Of a DNA stretch of 47,662 nucleotides, positions 1-8,425 are shown one piece after another. The position numbers were made by a program, and so were the translations under genes. Origin of the DNA: a virus. Its lineage: Duplodnaviria; Caudoviricetes. Under the pieces are notes generated by a model. The model saw nothing but the letters and a program-made list of their open reading frames with translations. It was not told where the DNA came from and ran no database searches. Numbering within the stretch: position 1 is the first letter of the stretch; each line of letters begins with the position of its first letter. The DNA is taken from IMG/VR virus record IMGVR_UViG_3300028638_000445, positions 1 through 47,662 of that record; one strand, written 5' to 3'.

Positions 1-19
1 CAGATCCGCTCCTCATAAC

Positions 20-51
20 TCGGGCTGCACTATATGGCCCGACTATTTTTC
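20..51 (+). terminator. Possible intrinsic terminator
   Basis: TCGGGCTG (20-27) pairs with TGGCCCGA (35-42, using G-U pairs), followed by CTATTTTTT. Confidence 0.35.
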
Positions 52-203
52 CTCATCCTTTTTGACGTCCCATATCAAGCACGATTTTCGAAACACCATC
101 GTTAAACATTTTTGAGAAGACTTCTATAGCTTAATCTCATCAAATACAACTTCACTCATGGTGACAGGTATAGCATCGCAATTCTATCATTCAGTCATAT
201 TTG

Positions 204-737
204 TCAAACTCTTTGAATAAACTGTTGAATCATTTCTTCCAATTCTTTGCGATTTATTTTTTCATAGCTAATGGCTCTCCCACTGTGCATAACGAAGTAT
301 AGATCACACCACTTTTCATTAGACTGAACTTCATTAAGTTGTCCATTAAGAACTTCATTATAGTATTCACCTACTATTCTCTTTTTTATGGCCTCCCATG
401 CTAATTTTGAAGATGTTACCTCTGCAAGTAACCATACAAGAATCACTAGAAAAACAACGATGAATATGAAGGTGATGTCATTAAAATAAAGCCCGAGCTG
501 TCCAAATGCACCCGCAAAGATCTGTAATGCAGTACCGATAGCTATGAACATAAACGCAACAACGCTTTTGTACTTTTGGATTATCATTGATGAGTAATAT
601 TCCAAGTTAAAAAAATAGAAGGATGCTCGACTATAATAAACGCTTTCTTTTTCATCCAAATATCCCTTCACACCAGTTATCGCTCCTACCAGTGTAAAAA
701 CAAGACCAATTACAGATACAAACCCTGCTATCTCCAA
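204..737 (-). CDS. Hypothetical membrane protein (about 3 TM segments)
   Basis: 177-aa ORF, TTG start after GAGGTG. Hydrophobic stretches at the N-terminus and around aa 58-105. Confidence 0.7.
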   Translation of the reverse strand: MEIAGFVSVIGLVFTLVGAITGVKGYLDEKESVYYSRASFYFFNLEYYSSMIIQKYKSVVAFMFIAIGTALQIFAGAFGQLGLYFNDITFIFIVVFLVILVWLLAEVTSSKLAWEAIKKRIVGEYYNEVLNGQLNEVQSNEKWCDLYFVMHSGRAISYEKINRKELEEMIQQFIQRV

Positions 738-798
738 TACTTCTCACCTCATAGTTAACCAACACCTATAGATTGTCTCATCAAAATACTTATGATAT

Positions 799-1887
799 CT
801 ATTCTTTAGGTTTTGAAGCTTTGCTATTCAACAACTTTCTAAACACATCCTCGAGATCAACAAGCACACCTCTTAATCCACCAGCACCAGTTTTTCCTAA
901 CGTTCTTGTAGTACAAGTTAGCATTTCCTTACACATCGACTCAGAGAGCTCTATATCATCCTGCATAAGAAATCTTAGTATCTGGCGTGCATTCTTAAAG
1001 CTTACATCGAGTGTTTTAAGCTCTTCAAAAGCTTGTTGTAAATCAAATCCATCTAAATCCACATCTTGAATAACTGAAGTATCGCTAATTCCAAACGTCT
1101 CTATTTTCAATTGGATTTTTTTGTCATTTAACATTTTTGCTTCTAACATCTTAAACTCAAGTTGTTGATCCTCGAACTTGTTCATGATCTTGCCAGTTTG
1201 AGCAAGTTCCAAATCACTTAGTTTCAACGTGATTTCAAATGGCCTTGTCACTGCATCATCTATTTGTACCATTGTAATAAATGTCAGAGTTTTTGTTTTA
1301 GTATCAAGTAACAAAACTACACTGTTGACTGTCTCGTTAAGGATCAGTCTTTTAACCAGATCCATATCTTCTTCATCCTTGTAGATTTTCCGCTTATTTG
1401 ATATATCAAGAATCCATATGTTATTGATTCCATTTTCACGATAATATGTATTCTTCTGATCCATTCCTATCACATCTATTGAATTCACATAGTCTACTGC
1501 TAAAATACCCCCATTCTGAAAATTGAAAATCAGGTCAGATCTAAATTTGTTATCTATTTTCTTCTCAACCTCTGGTGACACAAGGGGAAATTTTTCAGTC
1601 AAGCACTCATGCAGCATTTTTTTTGCAGCTCTCATTCTCTCTGTTTGTTTCTTAGTGTATTCACTGTATTCGCAATCTTTCAATGTTCCGATTCTATGAG
1701 CAAAATGAGCAGTTTTTAATTCAGTATGCTTATATGTAAGTAAACTTCCGCAATCAATGCATGTTAGCAGGCATGATTTACTGGCATTTCTAAGTGTTAA
1801 CTCATTTTGTTTGAAATTCTGATACTTCCTATCTGATAAATAATCAAACAAATTGATTTCGATTCCATCTAACTTGCCATTTTGCAA
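799..1887 (-). CDS. CoiA-like protein: Zn ribbon plus PD-(D/E)XK nuclease domain
   Basis: CIDCG...AHFAH...C N-terminal motif typical of the CoiA family, then EVEKK..RSDLIF..LAVDYV..IWI. TTG start with GGGAGG SD. Confidence 0.7.
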   Translation of the reverse strand: MQNGKLDGIEINLFDYLSDRKYQNFKQNELTLRNASKSCLLTCIDCGSLLTYKHTELKTAHFAHRIGTLKDCEYSEYTKKQTERMRAAKKMLHECLTEKFPLVSPEVEKKIDNKFRSDLIFNFQNGGILAVDYVNSIDVIGMDQKNTYYRENGINNIWILDISNKRKIYKDEEDMDLVKRLILNETVNSVVLLLDTKTKTLTFITMVQIDDAVTRPFEITLKLSDLELAQTGKIMNKFEDQQLEFKMLEAKMLNDKKIQLKIETFGISDTSVIQDVDLDGFDLQQAFEELKTLDVSFKNARQILRFLMQDDIELSESMCKEMLTCTTRTLGKTGAGGLRGVLVDLEDVFRKLLNSKASKPKE

Positions 1888-2392
1888 ACCTAATGCCTCC
1901 CTACATATGATAGCTATTTAGTTTACTCAAAAATAAAGCAACTCGTTTCATCATACTTATCACACACTATTCGACTAATTACTAACAATAAAAGTATAGC
2001 ATAAATTTTGGGAGTAAATCCTTCATTGCACATCTACATTTGCATAGTTTCTGTCCTGACACAAACAAAGCACTCTTCAACTGATTGATACTGGACATCC
2101 CATACCAGACACCTTTCTCGGAATGTTAGTGTTAAACAATTCTGAAAAGCTTGTAATTAGACCTTTTAACGAAAACAAATTCATATTTGTTCTTTTTACC
2201 GACAATACAAAAGAATACTGCTAAAGATTTCGTAAATTCTATTTAGAATACAAAAAAAGAGCCACGACTGTCTGGTGACGAAATATCTTATATAGTTTGG
2301 GGTAGATATGTTAGAAACCAGGGTCTGCAAATTCTAGAACACGATGCACTAAATAAACAAGTTAGCTTTGAATTCCAAAACAAACAATTCGC

Positions 2393-2605
2393 TTGTATGA
2401 AAAGAACAGCTTGAACTTATATCAGTTTTATAAATCTATAATTTATATAGAAATGGATGTCTTAGAGATGCCACGTGAATTGCATCATAAAATTTTGAAG
2501 GATTTTAGGTCTTGTTTACAGAAAAATAGAATTAGAAACGAATTAAGTTTGATGCTTTATGGTCTATATGATAACGATGAAGACGATGATATCATACATG
2601 ACTGA
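2393..2605 (+). CDS. Short hypothetical ORF (start uncertain)
   Basis: ORF with an acidic tail upstream of the SHOCT gene. No clear SD or motif. Confidence 0.3.
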   Translation: MYEKNSLNLYQFYKSIIYIEMDVLEMPRELHHKILKDFRSCLQKNRIRNELSLMLYGLYDNDEDDDIIHD

Positions 2606-2667
2606 CTTCTTTATTATACATTCACTAGAAGCTGAAATTTGTTTCAAATGAAGTTTTTCAATAAGGA

Positions 2668-3684
2668 GTGATACCGTTGGGGGTAATTAGACACGAAGTT
2701 TTTTATGATTGTACTGTAAACGAAAAATTTGAACGCGCCTTCAAAGCTATCGTTTTTGCAGCTGGAAAGATTGGAACAGTCATTAGGTCTGATGAGGCTG
2801 ATGGAACTGTATACTTCAGTACACCCCGCACTTTTTCTTCATTTGAATTTCAATTCATTGGCAGTGTTCTTAGCGATGATAGCGAAGCTGACTATCTGAC
2901 TATCAAACTATACGGCGAAACCTATGGCTCAGCTGCGACATATAAAAAAGTTGCCGATGCAAAATTCGCAGAGTTTAAACAAAACATTGAAAGCTACCTT
3001 GACAAACGAAATGATTTTGTTGACTCTTTCGGTGAGGATGACGGTGATGAGATAGCACAATTTAACCCATCAAGTTCAGAAAAGACACCATTGCCAGAGA
3101 AATTCACACCAAATAAATCAGTGGGTTTGTATTTACAGTTAAACACCAACCAGCATAAATGGCGGCTACCCTTTACTTTAAATCGGAGAATTTACGATTA
3201 CAATGAACTGGTAAGCTACGAGCTCATTGAAGACGGAGAAACCATCACTTCAGGCGGACTTGGGAGATCAATTGTTGGCCTTACATTTGGTGCCGTAGGT
3301 GGCATTATAGGTGGCGTTACAGCCAAGAGAAGAACAAAGTCGCTATGTTCATCCCTTCTAATCCGAATTACCGTTAACGACATCCATGAATCAACCAGAT
3401 TTATCAAATTTATTGAAACGGCAACAAAAAAGAGTTCTTTGACTTATAAGTCGGCTTTTAAGAATGCACAGGAATGCCTTTCCATTTTCGAACTGATTAA
3501 TAAGTATAATGAGGAGCAAGAGGCAAAATTGAAATCAGTCAAAACACAGGTTGCCTCTGTAATCCCACCCTCCCCTGCGCCAAGTATCGCTGATGAGCTG
3601 CTTAAATATAAGAGCCTTTTAGACTCGGGCGTTATCACTCAAGAGGAATTTGAAAAATTTAAAATCAGCCTTATTAAGGGATAG
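2668..3684 (+). CDS. SHOCT-domain protein
   Basis: C-terminal SIADELLKYKSLLDSGVITQEEFEKFKISLI is a SHOCT motif; Gly-rich segment GGLGRSIVG..GAVGGIIGG. The true start may be TTG at 2677, after AAGGAG. Confidence 0.8.
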   Translation: MIPLGVIRHEVFYDCTVNEKFERAFKAIVFAAGKIGTVIRSDEADGTVYFSTPRTFSSFEFQFIGSVLSDDSEADYLTIKLYGETYGSAATYKKVADAKFAEFKQNIESYLDKRNDFVDSFGEDDGDEIAQFNPSSSEKTPLPEKFTPNKSVGLYLQLNTNQHKWRLPFTLNRRIYDYNELVSYELIEDGETITSGGLGRSIVGLTFGAVGGIIGGVTAKRRTKSLCSSLLIRITVNDIHESTRFIKFIETATKKSSLTYKSAFKNAQECLSIFELINKYNEEQEAKLKSVKTQVASVIPPSPAPSIADELLKYKSLLDSGVITQEEFEKFKISLIKG

Positions 3685-4021
3685 TCATTCTGCGATTTTC
3701 AAATGGAGGTCCTATAATGATTACATAGACGACGTACCTACTTTTGGACAAGATAAGAATAGGCCAATCATCTATACTGAGACAAATAGTGGATTTGAGT
3801 TTTATGGGCGGACAAAATCTCAATTTCAATCGTGAACTTCACTAAAAAATCCTGGAGAACCATACCTAGTACACTCAGTAAAATTAATGACGTTGTTTTT
3901 GATAAAAGTTAGACATTTTTAAGCTTAATAAAGAATGACATGTTCAAATCTCAGGATTCGGTACCAGGTAACTTAGAAGAAATTCGCAAAATCGATCTTC
4001 AATTCAATCCTAACACCCATT

Positions 4022-4126
4022 GTCCAATCGATGGCTCTTGAGATCGGATTGGTGGCTCTAAGTCATCGGAACGAGTATTCCACGGTATCAGAGCCACCTA
4101 ATCTCTGAAATAGAGCCAGAGAGGAC
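4022..4126. other. Long imperfect inverted repeat (hairpin) in non-coding DNA
   Basis: Nested pairings: GTCC 4022-25/GGAC 4123-26; TGGCTCT 4032-38/AGAGCCA 4112-18; GGTGGCTCT 4051-59/AGAGCCACC 4090-98. Confidence 0.7.
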
Positions 4127-4327
4127 GGTTCACATACATCGGGATTATGGCTCAAGTCTCTCTTGAACAACTCACATCTATCATTTCGACCAATTTACTC
4201 TCTCGCAGGGCTTACAATCCCTCGGATGCTGCTTTCGCTCACACGTTTGTTCACCAACATCTCATTTAATCTTTGATCCCTTAACTACCCCAAATCAAGC
4301 AAGTCCCCGCTCAGCGGCATCCTTCGT

Positions 4328-4417
4328 GAGTGACCCCACCAGGCCTTCGGCCTGGTGTTTTTTATGCCCGCAGGGCATAAAAAAGCAGGGCGCCATTCGG
4401 CGCCCTGCGGGTCACTC
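4328..4417. other. Perfect four-way-junction (cloverleaf) element
   Basis: Closing stem GAGTGACCC/GGGTCACTC encloses three abutting perfect hairpins of 9, 12 and 10 bp, with no unpaired junction bases. Confidence 0.9.
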
Positions 4418-4610
4418 CCACTCAACTGCTATAAAATTATCGCAGTTTCTGTAGGTTGATATTGCTACATTTCTTATTATAATTATTACTATTATCTTTC
4501 ATAAAACGAGGCTTTATGAATTCTGTGTATCATCCACGTATCGCATTATTAAATACCCTATAAACGTTAAAGGAGCAGGGATTCGAAGAATCCCCACCCC
4601 AACTATTGAC

Positions 4611-4865
4611 TTAGAGCCTATTAAAATCATTTTTAACGAATTCAATACAAGACGAGCAGATCCATTTGCCTCGATAATTCTTTGTATGATCCATGCTTCC
4701 ACATATAACACAATGTGGTTCATACTTACGAAGAATAATAGTATTTCCTTCTGTAAAAATTTCCAATGCATCTTTTTCCCTAATTTCGAATATGGATCTT
4801 AGTTCACTTGGAATAACGACACGGCCTAATTCGTCTATTCTGCGTACAATGCCAGTCGATTTCAA
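4611..4865 (-). CDS. abrB: AbrB family transition-state regulator, clostridial type with C-terminal CxxC..CxxC
   Basis: MKSTGIVRRIDELGRVVIP is the canonical AbrB N-terminus. TTG start with AGGAG SD. Confidence 0.9.
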   Translation of the reverse strand: MKSTGIVRRIDELGRVVIPSELRSIFEIREKDALEIFTEGNTIILRKYEPHCVICGSMDHTKNYRGKWICSSCIEFVKNDFNRL

Positions 4866-4940
4866 TTTACCACTCCTTCACATTTTATACTATAATTGTA
4901 TATATTAGAATATTGGAAGTCAATGGTAATTACATTTTAT

Positions 4941-5393
4941 TTACAATTCATATCTATTCACTGATGACTTTTCAATGAATTCAATAGCTAATGAGAACAC
5001 ATCATTACAGAACTCCACGTCTTTTATCATTTTCTTGATTGTGCACTCCCAAATTACCAGAATCCTCCATCCAAGCTGTTCAAGTGAATCGTAGTTTTCT
5101 GCATCCCGCTCAATATTTCTTTCAATTTTCATCGTCCAGTATTCAATATTTGTCTTAGGCCATTTAAATCTAGGGCAGTTTTTATGCTTATGCCAAAAAC
5201 ATCCATTTACAAATATAACGATCTTGTATTTCGGCAAAACGATATCCGGACATCCAGGTAATCGGTTGTCATTTTTTCTATATCTAAATCCTTTGCTGAA
5301 TAAGTATTTTCTTACAAATTCCTCTGGTTTTGTATCCTTGCTTCGGATTCTAGACATGTTGTAGCTTCGCACATCTTTTGAGTGATTGTCCAT
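4941..5393 (-). CDS. vsr: Very short patch repair endonuclease
   Basis: RSYNMSRIRSKDTKPE, LPGCPDIV, FVNGCFWH and GWRILVIWEC motifs. Confidence 0.95.
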   Translation of the reverse strand: MDNHSKDVRSYNMSRIRSKDTKPEEFVRKYLFSKGFRYRKNDNRLPGCPDIVLPKYKIVIFVNGCFWHKHKNCPRFKWPKTNIEYWTMKIERNIERDAENYDSLEQLGWRILVIWECTIKKMIKDVEFCNDVFSLAIEFIEKSSVNRYEL

Positions 5394-5404
5394 ATAATCA
5401 CCTT

Positions 5405-6946
5405 CTATAAATCCGACAAAACAACCTGCCTGTTTAACGAAAAGATGTCTTTGATGCTTGAATGCGAGTACTGTTTCTGAGCGTGTTTTTCAACCATTCT
5501 TATCATGTTTGTCACACTCATTGCACTACCATTGACCTGGGTCTCATCAGATATGCTTTTTATTTGAGAATCAATATTGGATCCGAACCCACCTGAAATA
5601 TATGAAAAGAAAGCAAGAGGGTACACGTCAGATTTGTATTGCTCTATGTAATTGTGGACCATCCTATTTCGATGATCATTTGATATTGTATATCTTCGAT
5701 ACGCTTTATTATCTAAAATGCCTATATATTTCCCTTCATTTGAGAGCACATAAACATCTGGATTGAGGCCGACAGATCCTATATGCTTTGTCTCGAATCC
5801 AAATATGTTTTTGAAAAGCTCTACAGTAGCTTTTTCAAATTCAATTGCATTATCTCTACCCTTAAATGCCAGTTCAAAGTATTCCGTCATAAATGATCCA
5901 ACCGCACCGTTTGGATAGAGTCTTAATAATGTCTCCTCGACAATTTTCTCATCAAATCCGGATAATTCAGCTACTCTGGAAATAACATAAGTAGATATTT
6001 TAAATATTGGAGTTCTTAAAGATTCAGATATGAACGCAGTCTTTATCCTTTGTTCAGCGATAATCTTAGATGTAATAGTTTTTGTATCAGTTAAATTCCT
6101 GTTATCTCGCTGATGATTGGGATCTAATCCAAATTTTCTTTGAAAATACTCATGTTCACTTTCTCGATCAATCAATTTTGGTTTAACTGATAGTATAGAT
6201 TCAACTTCCTCGTATTTGTCATCAAGAATTTTAAGTTTACTTTCATCATCTCTTTTAGCCAACTGAGTATATTCGATCCAATTAATAATTGTATTTGCTG
6301 TGGCCAGTAAATGATCAAATGGTTTTTGGGGATTCACTTTGCCAGTTTTAGGAGCATACACTTCAAAGAAATCATGTCTTAGACTATTGTCACCATAATT
6401 TCTAAAATCAATAATTCGATTCACGATTTTACTAAATGAGCTATCGTTTTCTGCTTCAGTAATTACTATCTTTGCAATCTCTTCTTCTGTAAGATAGCCA
6501 ATTTCTTTGTCCATTAAGAGTTTCAATAAAAATCGAAACGGCTGCAGTTTAAATCTTGGTGATACATTAACATTTTGTCTTACAGAGAAAGCAGAAGGGA
6601 ATTGATATTTCAGGACTTGATTCTTAATTATTTCAACAGGTGGCTCACCTGCTAATATTGCTTCTCCTGCTAGTGTTAGCTTGATTTTACCAGTAGACTC
6701 CTGAACGAAAATCAAACCCAAACTTATAAGCCAGGCGATATAGGTACGAGCCCCTCCACCACGTTGGTCTCTTCTTTCTCCAGTTCTTTTTAAACCCGCT
6801 TTTTCAAGGGCATCTTCGAGTGATAATTGAGTGCCAAGTTGTCCATACCATTCCACATCATAAGAAGTCTCAGCAATCGTTGCGAGTACTTCTGGTATGG
6901 AATTCAGTTTCCGTTTGGGTCTTGACACCCACCAATGGTTTATCAC
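5405..6946 (-). CDS. Type IIS restriction endonuclease with C-terminal FokI-type cleavage domain (AlwI/BbvI-like)
   Basis: EFEKAT..FGFETKHIG...NPD...ILDNKAY...RMV..YI resembles the FokI catalytic domain. Lies between the C5 MTase and vsr. Confidence 0.8.
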   Translation of the reverse strand: MINHWWVSRPKRKLNSIPEVLATIAETSYDVEWYGQLGTQLSLEDALEKAGLKRTGERRDQRGGGARTYIAWLISLGLIFVQESTGKIKLTLAGEAILAGEPPVEIIKNQVLKYQFPSAFSVRQNVNVSPRFKLQPFRFLLKLLMDKEIGYLTEEEIAKIVITEAENDSSFSKIVNRIIDFRNYGDNSLRHDFFEVYAPKTGKVNPQKPFDHLLATANTIINWIEYTQLAKRDDESKLKILDDKYEEVESILSVKPKLIDRESEHEYFQRKFGLDPNHQRDNRNLTDTKTITSKIIAEQRIKTAFISESLRTPIFKISTYVISRVAELSGFDEKIVEETLLRLYPNGAVGSFMTEYFELAFKGRDNAIEFEKATVELFKNIFGFETKHIGSVGLNPDVYVLSNEGKYIGILDNKAYRRYTISNDHRNRMVHNYIEQYKSDVYPLAFFSYISGGFGSNIDSQIKSISDETQVNGSAMSVTNMIRMVEKHAQKQYSHSSIKDIFSLNRQVVLSDL

Positions 6947-6968
6947 ATCTACACCCTCTTTAAAGTAG

Positions 6969-8024
6969 TTATGCTTTTACATTACACTCAACACTTTTAT
7001 AAGGAATTCCGGCAAAGGTTTTCAACACAGCTTCCAAAATAATTTGAGCTCCTCGTGGTGGCACTGCCATTCCGATCTGTTTTCGTACACTCTCCTTAGT
7101 TCCTTTAAACAAATAGTCATCTGGAAATGTCTGAAGTCTTGCTCGTTCTCTATTTGTTAAGGCTCTGTGTTCTGAATAATGATAAATATGCGTTCCTCCA
7201 CCGCCTGATCCTGTTACGGTGTATGCTGGTTTATCCGGATGTAATCTTTTGTATATCTGACTAATTCTAGCACCTTTTACGTTGAGTTGTAAATGCTCAG
7301 GTAAATTGGCATTAAATGCGTTCTCACCTGGCTTAATATGCTTCAATCTTTCAACTACCTGAACCGACTGCCTTGTCAACTCGTTATTAAATGCGTTATC
7401 AGGTATTGGTGGATTTTCAATTGCGTTTTTAGCTGAGTTATTAATGTCTTTATATTCCAAAGGACTTGGCGGTGCAAACACGAATGGCAGATCTTTTCTA
7501 ATTCCAATAATAATAATTCGATGTCTTGCCTGCGGTACTCCATATTCTTCGAATTTGTAAAGGTGAGGGTAAATGTTGTATCCGGCATCTTTCAAATCAT
7601 TAAGTATTTGCTTTAATGCTCCACCATCATTTGCACTTTTTAAGCCACCAACATTCTCTGCAAAAAACCATGATGGCTGGAACTTATTTAACACTTTTAC
7701 ACCGTAAGTGTATAGTGGTCCAAATGTTCCATTGAAACCTTTCTGCTCTCCTACTTGTGAAAAGTCATTACACGGAAAGCCAAAAGCCAATGCATCAATT
7801 GGGCTTAATTGATCAATATCGAGTTTCCGAACATCTCCACAAATAACGCTCTCAGGGCTTTCGGGACAAATATTGTGTCGATATGTTTCGCAAGTATCAG
7901 CATCATAGTCATTTGCCCATTCATGAATTATTTTGAAATCTTCTATTTCAATAGATGCTTTTTTAGCACCATAAGCAATCCCACCTGGTCCACAGAACAA
8001 TTCACCCAACTTAAATTCCTTCAT
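6969..8024 (-). CDS. dcm: DNA cytosine-C5 methyltransferase (M.BbvI-like; possibly GCWGC/GCAGC-type)
   Basis: LFCGPGG, GFPCNDFS, ENV, PQARHR and RERARLQTFPD motifs. The TRD TVTGSGGGGTH resembles M.BbvI as recalled from memory; specificity is inference. Confidence 0.92.
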   Translation of the reverse strand: MKEFKLGELFCGPGGIAYGAKKASIEIEDFKIIHEWANDYDADTCETYRHNICPESPESVICGDVRKLDIDQLSPIDALAFGFPCNDFSQVGEQKGFNGTFGPLYTYGVKVLNKFQPSWFFAENVGGLKSANDGGALKQILNDLKDAGYNIYPHLYKFEEYGVPQARHRIIIIGIRKDLPFVFAPPSPLEYKDINNSAKNAIENPPIPDNAFNNELTRQSVQVVERLKHIKPGENAFNANLPEHLQLNVKGARISQIYKRLHPDKPAYTVTGSGGGGTHIYHYSEHRALTNRERARLQTFPDDYLFKGTKESVRKQIGMAVPPRGAQIILEAVLKTFAGIPYKSVECNVKA

Positions 8025-8328
8025 ATTACAACTCCCATCTATACATCTTAGCCATTTATTAGTATTAGCTACCTCTTAAATCTTGAACCAACTGCATCAG
8101 CAATTATTTCAGAATTAGAAATTGTCATGCTTTATTTGCTTTGCGTTAAAATATTGAGGTAGTAACTGTTTCTTCACGTCAACTCCTCAATGTTGATATT
8201 TAATCCCCAAAAAAGAATCAATTTCTGCTCAGCGACAACCAAAAACAAACCCATAGCTCAACTATATCATTAAATATAGGGTTACAGTAAGCAACGGTTT
8301 GAAAAACATTAGTTCTATAAAGTTTGAC

Positions 8329-8361
8329 AACAAATGCCACGTTATTACCGTGGCATTTGTT
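8329..8361. terminator. Intrinsic terminator, probably bidirectional, downstream of the GHKL-nuclease gene
   Basis: 13-bp perfect stem AACAAATGCCACG / CGTGGCATTTGTT with a 7-nt loop. Confidence 0.7.
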
Positions 8362-8425
8362 TATTATATAAATTGAACCATTACACTACACTTCATATAA
8401 ATAAAATTCATATTTATCATTTTTT

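Noticed and set aside
3650-3835. 61-aa + strand ORF after the SHOCT gene
   Set aside because: Overlaps the SHOCT 3' end and has no SD or recognisable motif. At most a gene fragment.
4328-4417. Cloverleaf considered as a tRNA or retron msDNA
   Set aside because: Loops are 3-4 nt with no anticodon, D or T-loop consensus, and no reverse transcriptase is encoded in the window.
8060-8190. Possible remnant of an RM controller (C protein) upstream of dcm
   Set aside because: Only two ~20-codon minus-strand fragments with faint HTH-like wording (EIIADAVG). Insufficient evidence.
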